Positions 19,395-29,950 of a DNA stretch of 59,178 bases are shown here, one piece after another; position 1 is the stretch's first letter; the number at the start of each line of letters is the position of its first letter. A program made the translations under genes and the position numbers. The notes under the pieces were generated by a model. That model did not search any database. It was not told the DNA's origin and worked only from the letters and a program-made list of their open reading frames with translations. The stretch comes from a virus. Lineage: Duplodnaviria; Caudoviricetes. The stretch spans positions 1 to 59,178 of IMG/VR virus record IMGVR_UViG_3300033146_002247, one strand, 5' to 3'.

Positions 19395-19826
19395 TAAAAG
19401 GAATTGAGAAAATGGTATCAGACAAAAAATTAAAAGAAATTTTCAAAGCAATTAAGTTTGATGCAGAAAATTCAACCAAAGAAGTAAAACAGGATTTTTT
19501 CAATAGATTTGAAAAATCAGCAGATATTTTCCTAGGTGAAGGCGAGCATACATTAGAGATGATAGAACAAATAAGAACTTATTTGCAATTAGAATAAAAA
19601 AACCGAGGAAAAAATGAAACAAACTAATGACAAAACACAAAATACTTTAAATGTATCTTTTGAAAAAACTTTATTTAAAGGTAAGAAAAAGAAAAGAAAA
19701 ATAAGTGATTTGAATAAAATTAGGAAATATAGATACAATAGATAACATAGCAGTACCGAAACTAATTAAACAAAACTCCAATTATTAGTAGGTACTGCTA
19801 TTATATTTTTAAAAAAGGATGTAATT

Positions 19827-21611
19827 TTGAATATACCTACAGAAAAAGAAATAAATGTAATAATTGATAAAATACTTACAGATAAAATATTCGGTGAAAA
19901 TTTCAAATTTAGAGAACATCAAAGAGAAACTATTTTAAAAATAGTCCTTGCTTTTTTTGATAATGAGATTGATAATGTAATTTTATCAATGAGTACTGGA
20001 GGTGGAAAATCATTAATTGCTTTATTTACTGGACACATATTAAGTTTTTTTAATAAAAGTGGGTATGTATTAACAAATCAAAAAATGTTACAAGATCAAT
20101 ACGAAACAGATATTAGAAAATTTAATATATCGGCAGAAACAATCAAAGGAATAGATAACTATCAATGCCATATTAATAATGAACCTTTTTCATTAGGTAT
20201 ATGTAAAACACATAATTTAAAAAGCAGAGATATGCCATGTTACGATGAGTGCGAGTATATTCAAAGAAGAAATAAAGCATCCTTAGATGACATTGCTATA
20301 CTTAATTATAATTATTGGTTAATCCAATTAAATTATGTTTATTCACGATTTCCTGCTGCACCATTCAATCCACGAGATTATACTTTTTTTGATGAAGCGC
20401 ATTTTTTAGGAGGTATAGTACAATCCCATTTCTCTCCAGCTTTACAAAGAAATTTTTTACCTAGTATAGATTTTATAAATATGTTCTTAAATGTTAATGG
20501 GTTTGATAATAATATTAACATAGAAAAAATACAAAATATTATGTCAATTTTAATTACGACCGAAGATAATATAGTTATAAATAATCAATTAAAAAACCTA
20601 GAAAATGAATTATCAGTTATTTCTGAATCAGATAAAAAATTTAAAGCCAGAATGAAAAAGAAATTTCCGTTTATTAATATTGAAAATAAAAAACTAATAC
20701 CAAAAGATTGGAAACGAATGAGTAAATTGTTCGATTACATAAAAGATGTGAATTGTAAAATTGAGGATTTTAATAAAATTTCTTTGGACTCTGGTATTGA
20801 GAATATAGTTAAACAATATGATAAAAAAGAAAATTCATTAATATTAAATTATTTAAAAGAACGATATTTGGTACATGAACATGCTATTAAGCAAAGTAAT
20901 TTTCGTATGTTTATGAGTGCTACCATAGGTGATATAGATACATTTATATATAAAAATGGTTTAGACAAAGACAATACATTAGTAATTGAACTAGATGACA
21001 CATTTCAATATAAACAAAGCCCTATATTTATGTTAGATGGACATTATGTAAATTACAAAAATAAATTAACACAAATTCCTAGAATCATAAAAAAACTAGA
21101 TGTGATTTTAGAGGGTATAGAAAAAGATACAAAAGGAATTATACATACTGCAAGTTATGAGAATACTAAATTATTACTTGAATTTAGTAAACATAAAAAT
21201 AGAATGATACGTTATACAGATTCAAACGATAAACAACAAGCATTAGAAAAATTTGAAAAATCAGAAAACGGAATTTTGATTGGACCCTCTATCTCTACAG
21301 GATTGGACCTTAAAGATAATTTAAGTAGATTTCAAATGTTTATCAAAGTACCATTTCCACATTTAGGAAATAAATTAGTAAAAGCAAAATTTGACATAGA
21401 TAAGGAAAGTTATCAAAATGATACTTTAATAGAAATTCAACAAGCACTCGGTCGTTCAATTAGATCAAATACTGACTGGGCACGAAGTTATATGTTTGAT
21501 AGTAATTTTATAAGAATTATGCATACAAAAGGAATTGGAAAAGGAACCAGAAAAAGGTTTATGGATATGGAAAAATTATTAATTGCAATTATTCAAGAAA
21601 AAATGAAATAA
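19827..21611 (+). CDS. DinG/XPD-family SF2 helicase with Fe-S cluster cysteines
   Basis: FREHQ, STGGGKS, KGIDNYQC...C...C...C.Y, DEAH, MSAT, KVPFP, QQALGRSIR. Confidence 0.88.
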   Translation: MNIPTEKEINVIIDKILTDKIFGENFKFREHQRETILKIVLAFFDNEIDNVILSMSTGGGKSLIALFTGHILSFFNKSGYVLTNQKMLQDQYETDIRKFNISAETIKGIDNYQCHINNEPFSLGICKTHNLKSRDMPCYDECEYIQRRNKASLDDIAILNYNYWLIQLNYVYSRFPAAPFNPRDYTFFDEAHFLGGIVQSHFSPALQRNFLPSIDFINMFLNVNGFDNNINIEKIQNIMSILITTEDNIVINNQLKNLENELSVISESDKKFKARMKKKFPFINIENKKLIPKDWKRMSKLFDYIKDVNCKIEDFNKISLDSGIENIVKQYDKKENSLILNYLKERYLVHEHAIKQSNFRMFMSATIGDIDTFIYKNGLDKDNTLVIELDDTFQYKQSPIFMLDGHYVNYKNKLTQIPRIIKKLDVILEGIEKDTKGIIHTASYENTKLLLEFSKHKNRMIRYTDSNDKQQALEKFEKSENGILIGPSISTGLDLKDNLSRFQMFIKVPFPHLGNKLVKAKFDIDKESYQNDTLIEIQQALGRSIRSNTDWARSYMFDSNFIRIMHTKGIGKGTRKRFMDMEKLLIAIIQEKMK

Positions 21612-21616
21612 AGTTC

Positions 21617-21645
21617 TTGACAAAATAACATTAAATGGTTATATT
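21617..21645 (+). promoter_or_regulatory. sigma70-type early promoter
   Basis: TTGACA-N17-TATATT. Confidence 0.85.
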
Positions 21646-22978
21646 GTATTATATAAAGAAAATGATAAACAAAAGGAGTTCTAAATGAGTTCATTAATAA
21701 ATGTATATGTAAATTCAAAACTAAGAGAAACGATGTTAATATCTGCAAACACTCCAACAAAAATAGATGCATATTTAGAAGATTATCATCAGGTTAATTT
21801 AAATACTTATGACAATTTAACATGGACTAATGTCGAGGACAAGCAAACAATAAGAAAACATATATACGAAGAAATTTCAAAAAACAATAAAGAAATAAAA
21901 AGACTACAAGAAATAAATTTTAATTTGCGTGAACAGTTTGGTTTTAGGAGTTATTAGATGAATGATGCAATCAGAGCAGATTTATTAAAAAGTATTAAAA
22001 ACAAAAAAATTCCTTTACTTTCTTGGTCAACAATACATAAATATTACCCTTTCAAGAAAACTGAATTAACAATACCTGAATTAAATGCAAGAATTGAATA
22101 CGAAACAGATTTTAAAACTGACCATGTTTTGGAATTATTAAAATTCAGTTATCCATCTCAAATGAATACTGGGTTTATAACTTGTAAAATCGGTAGGAAA
22201 ATATTTAATATTTATAATATAGATGCGCATAGAATGATGTTCTCGGTTATACATAAATGTTATGAAGATAAAAAACTAAATAAATTAATATTAAATAAGG
22301 AGTAAAAAAATGTCCAAAAAATTCAAGAATTTAAAACAAAATATTAAAAGTAATTTTTCTAATGTTATTATTTTTAATGATTTAATTAAGTATGTAAATG
22401 ACAGAAAAATATCAGACAAGAAAATTGAAATATTAAAAGATGCATTATATATAGCCAAAGATGACCTTAAATATTTTGAGAAATTAAATTGTATAAAAAA
22501 TGACGATATATTAATCGCTGATCTAAATTTTACTAGAAACGAATTAAGAATTAATATCGGCAGAAAATTAGATAAAATTAATAAGATTGTAACTCAGTTA
22601 TCTAACTTGGCACATAGGGAACATGTAAATGTTCCTGTTTATAATAATATGTTAAAGATGCTTAAACAAAGTAAAATAAATATAAATGACTATAAACATT
22701 GTATAATTGGATTTAATAATGAGGTAATTAGTACTATTGTTTTATTGGATACTGATAAAAATGTATTGGTAAAGGAAATGTTTATAAAAAACGAAAAAGA
22801 TAATAGTTCATCTCACTTTTTAGTTTCTAAAATTATTAAAAAATATAAGAAAACTATGTATGATATATGGGCGAGTACACCATTTAATTCTAAGGGCAAA
22901 CTGTTTACTAATGTTCCTCATAAAAAAGTATCAGACGAAGAACTTGAAATTCAATGTAATTTTTAAAAGAGGTTATTT

Positions 22979-23428
22979 ATGGATTTTGAAAAATTAGAGG
23001 AAAAATTAGAATATGAGTTTAATCAAATGAAAACACGTGCAATTAATGATTTGGTTATAATTGAGGACATTGTGCATCACGAATTCAACGGAACTAATTT
23101 TAAGAAAACTAATTTAATGCTATTTTGGATTGAAAAGCAAAGATATTATGGAATACTCAAGTCCAAGATAAATAATAAAAAAAATGTTTTATATGAAAAA
23201 ATATATACTGATATAGTTAATAATATTCAATATGAAATGACTAAGTATAATTCTAGTGATTATAGAATAGATAAAATGGTAAAAGCTAACCCTAGTTATA
23301 TTGAAATTGATAATATTTTTAATTATGTTCTATTTAGTAAAGATTATGTAGATATAATTATTAAAACTTTACAAAGTCAACAATTTGAAATTAGTAATAA
23401 ATTAAAACATGCAAAAGATTTTTTATAG
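22979..23428 (+). CDS. recombination mediator UvsY-like (putative)
   Basis: 149 aa all-helical; C-terminal IIKTLQSQQFEISN resembles the T4 UvsY C-terminal helix. Confidence 0.45.
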   Translation: MDFEKLEEKLEYEFNQMKTRAINDLVIIEDIVHHEFNGTNFKKTNLMLFWIEKQRYYGILKSKINNKKNVLYEKIYTDIVNNIQYEMTKYNSSDYRIDKMVKANPSYIEIDNIFNYVLFSKDYVDIIIKTLQSQQFEISNKLKHAKDFL

Positions 23429-23503
23429 TATATGTCAACTCCTAGCATATATTATGGTGAACAGATATTAGATTCAAGTATCTGTTCACATTCCTTTTTA
23501 TCT

Positions 23504-23592
23504 GTTCATTAGTAGTACCTTAGCTGAACTTACTATAGTCAACCATATAATTTTATCATTTAACAATCAAAGTACACTAAAAGGTAACTAAA
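23504..23592. repeat. dispersed intergenic element, copy 2
   Basis: same three boxes and same N21/N10 spacing, different spacer sequence. Confidence 0.9.
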
Positions 23593-23630
23593 TGGTTAAT
23601 AATTTATTTTACATTATTAAATCTTTTTTC

Positions 23631-23659
23631 TTGACAAGTTAACTTTAATTGGTTATATT
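23631..23659 (+). promoter_or_regulatory. sigma70-type early promoter
   Basis: TTGACA-N17-TATATT. Confidence 0.85.
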
Positions 23660-23701
23660 ATAATCAGATAAAGGAAATGAAAATAAAAAAAGGAGTATCA
23701 A

Positions 23702-24616
23702 ATGAAAATCAAATTAAAATGTAAATTGAATAAACATATCATTGCTACTGAGAAATTGCCTCACCAATTAATAACGAATTCAAAAATAACATTTCAGTTT
23801 AACAATAAATTGGTAGATATTACTGATTTATATTTTATTGATGACCATTACGAATCAAAGTCAATAGATAATTTTTTGGAAAATGCAACGATGTTTACTG
23901 ATGAATTTATTGAGTTTGACTATTCTGAAATTGATGAAGTATTTGAAGTTCTTAAATTTGAACATTCTCAAGTAGAGACTAATAAAATTAAAAAAGACCT
24001 CGAATTAAATTATAATGTTGCAAAAGAATTTTTTGATAGGGAATTACCAGACCATAAATTAGAAACATTAGAAAATTTTTATAATTCTATTGATTTTAAC
24101 TCACATGTTTATACTTATAATAAATACCCAAAAGTATTACATACAGAATTTTATACAAAAGATGAAATTGATTATATTTTTAAACTTGAGATTACAATTT
24201 CAAATGGTAATAATGGGTTTATTTTTGAAACTTCTAAATATGATATGAATACAAAAATCTTTTTTCTTAATACATGGAAATATTTAAATACCAATAGAAA
24301 AATAAAGGGTTCAACATTATTAAAAAAAATTAGAAATTGTTTAGTTAATGGTGTTAATGAATATAATTATAAAAATGAAAAAATAAAGATTGAACAAGAG
24401 TTAAAAAGAAAAGATGATGAATGGGTGACAAAATATACTGATTTATGGAACGGATCAGATTACGGAACCTCATATCAGAAATATGGTAGAGATACAAGAG
24501 TTATTCAAGTAGATAAACATTTAGTTTCAAAAACAAACGATAATTTGAATATTGTTACATTAAAAGATTTATCAAATGAACAAGTAACTGAAATATTCAA
24601 ACTATTATCAAAATAA
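23702..24616 (+). CDS. hypothetical early protein
   Basis: 304 aa ORF with AAGGAG RBS. Confidence 0.6.
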   Translation: MKIKLKCKLNKHIIATEKLPHQLITNSKITFQFNNKLVDITDLYFIDDHYESKSIDNFLENATMFTDEFIEFDYSEIDEVFEVLKFEHSQVETNKIKKDLELNYNVAKEFFDRELPDHKLETLENFYNSIDFNSHVYTYNKYPKVLHTEFYTKDEIDYIFKLEITISNGNNGFIFETSKYDMNTKIFFLNTWKYLNTNRKIKGSTLLKKIRNCLVNGVNEYNYKNEKIKIEQELKRKDDEWVTKYTDLWNGSDYGTSYQKYGRDTRVIQVDKHLVSKTNDNLNIVTLKDLSNEQVTEIFKLLSK

Positions 24617-24629
24617 TAAATCTTTTTTC

Positions 24630-24658
24630 TTGACAAGTTAACTTTAATTGGTTATATT
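24630..24658 (+). promoter_or_regulatory. sigma70-type early promoter
   Basis: TTGACA-N17-TATATT; spacer identical to the 23631 copy. Confidence 0.85.
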
Positions 24659-24705
24659 ATAGATATAATAAAGAGAATGATAAACAAATTAAAAAGGAGT
24701 TCCAA

Positions 24706-25107
24706 ATGATAAATGAAATGAATAAAGAAATAGGTGAATTAATACAAGAAAAAATAGATGAATTAACTGAGATAGTTGAAAATATTGAGAACCAACCTGG
24801 TGCAAGTGCAGTTAGAAATTTATGGGGTCAATCAATTTATATTGAAGAAAGTTTTGATATTGCTGAGGATACTAATGATTTAGAAAATAAAATTCAGTCG
24901 TTAATTAATAACAAAAATGATTTAGACGATTTTAGAGATTACCAATCGTGGGACGAAGATGAACTACAAGAAAATTTCGTAGATAAATTAGAAGAGATTG
25001 TTGAAGACCCAGAAAGTGCTTTTATGTTACTAAATACTAATTCGTTAGAAAATATTAATGATTCGATTGAAAAGTATAAGAAAATGTTGAAATTATTAAA
25101 TATTTAA
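24706..25107 (+). CDS. highly acidic early protein
   Basis: 133 aa, D/E-rich helical. Confidence 0.6.
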   Translation: MINEMNKEIGELIQEKIDELTEIVENIENQPGASAVRNLWGQSIYIEESFDIAEDTNDLENKIQSLINNKNDLDDFRDYQSWDEDELQENFVDKLEEIVEDPESAFMLLNTNSLENINDSIEKYKKMLKLLNI

Positions 25108-25127
25108 TAGAAAATAATTAAAATGAG

Positions 25128-25667
25128 GTGTATATGAATATCGAAGAAATTGCAAATAGAATGAAAGTTAATGGTACCAAAATTGATATTAAAGAGATTA
25201 AGTGGAATGAAGAAAAACAGAAAATTACTATTAATAAAAAAATACGTAATTTAGTAGCTGATTTTTCTGGTATTGATAATTTATTTTTTAATTTACCAAA
25301 TGAATCATTAATAATTGTTAATGATAATTGTGATATTTCTGTTGGTACTGGTAGTATAGTAAAAGCAAATAATAATAATAAAATTTTTGGTGATTCGTGT
25401 TGTAATATTAGTGTATTTGACAATAATAAAATAACAATAGGTTACAATTCATATATTGATTGTCAGTCAGATAACAAAATAGATATATCATCAGATTCTT
25501 TTCTGTTTTGTGATCATAATAATAAAATTAAAGCATCAGTTGGAACTGTTTTAAGGATAGGAAAAGATAATTTTATTAAACACGGCGAAGAATGTGTAAT
25601 TATTCAAAACACACACGCGTTAGATACTACTGATACTAAATATAATAATGTATTAGTCAAAAAATAA
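25128..25667 (+). CDS. beta-solenoid repeat protein
   Basis: approximately 8-residue repeats (DNCDISVG, NNNKIFGD, DNNKITIG, SDNKIDIS). Confidence 0.55.
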   Translation: MYMNIEEIANRMKVNGTKIDIKEIKWNEEKQKITINKKIRNLVADFSGIDNLFFNLPNESLIIVNDNCDISVGTGSIVKANNNNKIFGDSCCNISVFDNNKITIGYNSYIDCQSDNKIDISSDSFLFCDHNNKIKASVGTVLRIGKDNFIKHGEECVIIQNTHALDTTDTKYNNVLVKK

Positions 25668-25697
25668 AATAAATTAACATAATTCAATTAAAAGTCC

Positions 25698-25726
25698 TTG
25701 ACAAAAGGACTTTTTTTGGTTATATT
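25698..25726 (+). promoter_or_regulatory. early promoter with -35 in terminator-like hairpin
   Basis: AAAGTCCTTGACAAAAGGACTTTTTTT; TTGACA-N17-TATATT. Confidence 0.85.
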
Positions 25727-25763
25727 ATATATAGATTAAAGAAAAATAAAAAAGGAGCAATAA

Positions 25764-27095
25764 ATGAACAAACAATTATTAAAATTAGAAGCAATCGGAA
25801 ACATCACCGGGGCAGGAAGTAAAGTAATTATTCAAGAGGAACTAAGGGAATTATTACAAGATGAAAAAATGAAATATATATTTACGATAGTTCATCACCC
25901 ATTTATAGATTTACCAGTCAAAAAATTTGATATTAAAACCTTTGGCTCTGGTGATTTTGATTTTTATAAATTTAAGGATATTGTAGAAAAATTATCTTAT
26001 GCAAAAGCTAGAAACAATGAACTAGTTGAGCTTGTAGTTAATTTCATTACTGATTTAAAACCTGAGTTACAAAGTATTGTATCAAAAATATTCAGACAGA
26101 GTTTAAAATTAGGATTTTCTACAAAAACAGTAAATAAGGTAATGAAAAAAGATTTTAAAATTAAATCATTTATACCTGAACCGAGTTCAATGCTAGCGAG
26201 TAAAGGAATTAAACACACTGAAAAATTCGGGTCAGAGGTTATAATAAATTGTAAAATGGACGGTAGTAGATTATTAATAACTAAGCAAAAAGGTAATTAT
26301 AAAATATATTCAAGAAATTTTAAAGTTATTGAAAATAGATTTTTTAATAATATATTAAAACAAGTCAATAATCTTACCGAGGGCATGGACAATTTTTTCT
26401 TAGATGGAGAACTTATTTCAAAATATGCAAATGGTGCAGAGAGATTAAAAATTAGTGGTGATTTTACTAGATGTATTAGAGGAACTGCCGAGGAAAATAT
26501 AGATGAAAAATTTATGTATACAATTTTTGATATAAACCCATTAGATGTTTTAGAGGAAGGCGAATCAGAAATATTAACAGAACGAGAAAAAAAATTAGAA
26601 CAATTATTTTTAAATAAAACATATACCAATATTGAAAAAATTAATAGTTATATAGTTAAAAATGATAAGGATATTATTAATAATGAATACCAAAAATTCA
26701 TAGATGCTGGACACGAGGGAATAATTGTTAAGAACATGAATGGTGTATATGTGCCAAAAAGAAGCAGAGACTGGATAAAAATTAAAGCTGAACTTGATGC
26801 AGATTTAGAAATATTAGAAATTAAGTCAGGTTCAGGTAAATATTCAAATACTTGTGGAAAAATATATTGTAAAAGTTCAGATGGAAAAGTAACAGTAAGC
26901 ATTGGTTCGGGTTTATCAGATGAACAACGAGATGAATTATGGAATAACAAGGAAAAATATATCGGTTCGATTGTTGAATGTAATTATAACGAAAAAATTC
27001 AAGATAAACATGGTAATTATTCTTTATTTTTACCAATTTTTAAATTTTTTAGATTAGATAAAGATGTTGCAAATTCTTTTGACGAGATAAAATAA
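25764..27095 (+). CDS. lig: ATP-dependent DNA ligase (T4 gp30-like)
   Basis: KMDGSR, FLDGEL, IFDI, EGIIVK, KRSRDWIKIK, GSGLSD, SLFLPIF..FR.DK. Confidence 0.95.
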   Translation: MNKQLLKLEAIGNITGAGSKVIIQEELRELLQDEKMKYIFTIVHHPFIDLPVKKFDIKTFGSGDFDFYKFKDIVEKLSYAKARNNELVELVVNFITDLKPELQSIVSKIFRQSLKLGFSTKTVNKVMKKDFKIKSFIPEPSSMLASKGIKHTEKFGSEVIINCKMDGSRLLITKQKGNYKIYSRNFKVIENRFFNNILKQVNNLTEGMDNFFLDGELISKYANGAERLKISGDFTRCIRGTAEENIDEKFMYTIFDINPLDVLEEGESEILTEREKKLEQLFLNKTYTNIEKINSYIVKNDKDIINNEYQKFIDAGHEGIIVKNMNGVYVPKRSRDWIKIKAELDADLEILEIKSGSGKYSNTCGKIYCKSSDGKVTVSIGSGLSDEQRDELWNNKEKYIGSIVECNYNEKIQDKHGNYSLFLPIFKFFRLDKDVANSFDEIK

Positions 27096-27128
27096 ATAAA
27101 AATAAAATAAAAAAAAAGGTAAAAAATT

Positions 27129-27428
27129 ATGAAAAAAGAACAAATAAAAGAAATAATTGAAGAAATACTTACTGAGGCTTTCAGTAAAAAATATGAAAAA
27201 ATGTTAGATTGGTTTTTTGATAATTGGTTAGATAACGATGAAGATAATTTGGCAAAAGGTTCTCGAGCAAATTTAGAAAGCGAAATCCATTTATCCGCTA
27301 AAAAACATGGGTGGAACGCTGAGGGTAGTAAATTTATAACAATAGATAAGTGGTTCGATGAATTATTAAGCAACAAAGATAAAGAACCATTAGATGCATT
27401 ATATAAAATTTATAAAAAATGGAAATAA
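27129..27428 (+). CDS. putative internal head protein, leader class A
   Basis: MKKEQIKEIIEEILTE; upstream ATAAATAA. Confidence 0.6.
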   Translation: MKKEQIKEIIEEILTEAFSKKYEKMLDWFFDNWLDNDEDNLAKGSRANLESEIHLSAKKHGWNAEGSKFITIDKWFDELLSNKDKEPLDALYKIYKKWK

Positions 27429-27696
27429 GGGTTAAAAATGTATTATATAATTATATGTTATTTATTGTTATCTTTTTTGGTAGGAATGATATTAGTTAAT
27501 AAAAATGATAGCTTATTAAGTATAGCAGAGATAGGATTGTTATTTTTATTAATGTTATTCTCACCTTTTACAATTATTTGGCTAGGATTTAAAGGTTTTA
27601 AATTATTAAAATCTGAACTTGATTGGTTAAATGAAAATCATTAGAATATTCAACAAAATTAGTCCTTTATATTAAAGGACTAATTTTGTTTTATTG

Positions 27697-27785
27697 GTTC
27701 ATTAGTAGTACATTCCTTTCACTTTCTCAATTCAACCATATAATTTTATCATTTCATATAGTATGTACACTAAAAGGTAACTAAA
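27697..27785. repeat. dispersed intergenic element, copy 3
   Basis: identical to copy 1 and preceded by the same 15-bp hairpin stem. Confidence 0.92.
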
Positions 27786-27796
27786 TATCTTTTTTC

Positions 27797-27825
27797 TTGA
27801 CAAAACATATAAAATTGGTTATATT
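27797..27825 (+). promoter_or_regulatory. sigma70-type early promoter
   Basis: TTGACA-N17-TATATT. Confidence 0.85.
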
Positions 27826-28253
27826 ATAGATATAAAGAGAATGATAAACAAATTCAAAAGGAGTTAAATATGTTAATTTGGAGAAAAGAAGAACTTAAAA
27901 GCGAGTGCTTAGGTGGAAAATTACCAGAAGAACTAATTGATATGAAAGAGTTCAAAGGATATTATGTTGCTAAAATTTCTAAAACTTTTTATAAAAATGG
28001 TTATTCTGCTTGGGACGGACGTGTAGAACGAATTATTTGGAAAGTTAGAAAAATTGATACTGATATTGTAATTTGGTTTACAGGTTATACCAGAAAAGAA
28101 GCAATAGGTAATTTAGAACGAAATATCAAAAACTTTGGATATTGTAATAAACATGACTCTACATATCCTAAAGGATTTGCAAATGAAGAATGTCCATTAT
28201 GCAGAAGAGATAAAAGAATACAAAATACATAATGAAAATCAAAGGAGTAATAT

Positions 28254-28793
28254 ATGTCAACAAGAAATTTTAGTACAAATAATTCATCTGTAATCTTTGC
28301 TTTTGGTGACGATGAATACGAATATATTTTTGATGAAATAAGAACATCAATTAAAAATGGTGGATTTGAATATGTCGACATGACTGAAATTGGTGAAACT
28401 ATATATGATGGTGAAATTTTAGGTACTGTTTATTCACCAAGTAAATCATACAAAGAATTTTCAGTTGAATTGAAATTAGATATAATTGTTAGGTCTGGCT
28501 ATTATGAAGGCGGAAACTTTGATTGGGATTTAACACTTGATGTTGAAGGCGAGACATACGAATATGAAAATGGTGAGTTTGATTATGAAAATATAGCTAA
28601 AGATTTAATGTATACATACGATTATTCAGAAAAAAAAGCTGAGCAGTATGCTGGATATATCAAAACATTTATTGATTCTGAGGCTGAGGAAATTATAATT
28701 AAAACTGAACGTATAATTTCAGAAAACACAACAAAATTAGGAATATCAGCTCAATTTTCAAATGGAGAAACTTGGTATACAAAAATATCTTAA
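28254..28793 (+). CDS. acidic hypothetical early protein
   Basis: 179 aa; RSGYYEG and FSNGETWY motifs; D/E/Y rich. Confidence 0.6.
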   Translation: MSTRNFSTNNSSVIFAFGDDEYEYIFDEIRTSIKNGGFEYVDMTEIGETIYDGEILGTVYSPSKSYKEFSVELKLDIIVRSGYYEGGNFDWDLTLDVEGETYEYENGEFDYENIAKDLMYTYDYSEKKAEQYAGYIKTFIDSEAEEIIIKTERIISENTTKLGISAQFSNGETWYTKIS

Positions 28794-28801
28794 TCTTTTC
28801 C

Positions 28802-28830
28802 TTGACTAAATAACATTAAATGGTTATATT
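28802..28830 (+). promoter_or_regulatory. sigma70-type early promoter
   Basis: TTGACT-N17-TATATT. Confidence 0.8.
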
Positions 28831-28889
28831 ATAGAGATAAAAGAAAATGATAATCGGAACAATTGATAAACAAATTGAGGTATTAAAAA

Positions 28890-29351
28890 ATGAATTATAA
28901 CAATTTAACAAAATCAGAATTAATAGAGCTTTTAAATGAAAAATCAATCAATGAAAAATTTGCTACTGATAATTCAAACTCTGCTAGACTATCAATGCAA
29001 AGGGTAATAAATAAATCTAAATGTGATTGGCAACAAGAGCATTTCGTAGTGACTTTCTTAAATGCTAAATTAAAAGAAATAGATACTCAAATTGTGTTTA
29101 TTGGACATCAAACTGCTAGCATAGTTTCTGCAAAAGAGATTTTTAGAAGAGCATTAAAAATGAATGCAAATTCAATCATAGTCGGACACAATCACCCAAC
29201 GCTCGATGTTTCACCAAGTGAGAATGATAATAAAGTAACAACTAATTTGATAGAGGTTGGAAAAATGATTGGTATTCCTGTACATGATCATATTATTTTT
29301 ACTAAATTTGACGAAATTTATTCATACAAAGAAAAAAGTTCTTTATTTTGA
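28890..29351 (+). CDS. radC: RadC-family JAB domain protein
   Basis: QEHFVV.FLN, KEIFRRAL..NA.SII.GHNHP...SPS..D...T, GIPVHDHII. Confidence 0.9.
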   Translation: MNYNNLTKSELIELLNEKSINEKFATDNSNSARLSMQRVINKSKCDWQQEHFVVTFLNAKLKEIDTQIVFIGHQTASIVSAKEIFRRALKMNANSIIVGHNHPTLDVSPSENDNKVTTNLIEVGKMIGIPVHDHIIFTKFDEIYSYKEKSSLF

Positions 29352-29379
29352 AATAAATAAGAATAAAATGAGGCTATAA

Positions 29380-29940
29380 ATGTTAAAACGACAATTAGAA
29401 AAATTTATACAAGATTTTGGAGACCATTATCTATTTGAAAACTCTCTGGGTAGAATATGGCAACATTCTAAAAATGGGTTTATTCTAATGTCATCTTTTA
29501 GAGGAAATGATTTTAAAAAAAATATGAGTAATCATAAAGAATTAAAATCTATATTAAAAAGTAAAAATTTAGGTTTTTTTGAAGTTAATGGAGTATATAA
29601 ATATGATAATGGTGATGTTGAAAATGAATTATCTGTATTTATTCCTTATAGAAAAGACAAATATACATTTAATGAATTCGTTGAAATAGGAAAGGCACTA
29701 AGAAAAAAATTTAACCAAGAAAGTATTTTAATTTCAGATAATAACGAAAACATATATTTACAATATTCAAATAAAAAAGAAACTATAGGTAAAAAAATTA
29801 CAGTAGATAAAGTAGGATTTGCATATAGTCAACTAAGAACTGGTAGTCATAAAGACAGAACCTTTATAATTGAATCTGTCAGAAAACCATATAATCATAT
29901 ACAAGCTTATAAATTTAAAGCTGAAAATCTATTATTTTAA
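29380..29940 (+). CDS. SAM lyase-like protein with class B leader
   Basis: MLKRQLE...LFE leader; ILMSSFRGN..KNMSNHKEL...G.Y...ENELSV...FNQESILI resembles T3 SAMase motifs. Confidence 0.6.
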   Translation: MLKRQLEKFIQDFGDHYLFENSLGRIWQHSKNGFILMSSFRGNDFKKNMSNHKELKSILKSKNLGFFEVNGVYKYDNGDVENELSVFIPYRKDKYTFNEFVEIGKALRKKFNQESILISDNNENIYLQYSNKKETIGKKITVDKVGFAYSQLRTGSHKDRTFIIESVRKPYNHIQAYKFKAENLLF

Positions 29941-29950
29941 GGTAATTATT

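Noticed and set aside
19827-19890. Class A leader-like N-terminus on the DinG helicase (EKEINVIIDKILTD)
   Set aside because: Lacks the terminal Glu and leads straight into the helicase Q motif; probably an ordinary amphipathic helix
29870-29950. ORF-track start for the second SAM-lyase-like gene
   Set aside because: Overlaps the upstream gene; ATG 29951 has an AGGT RBS and yields the shared MLKR leader
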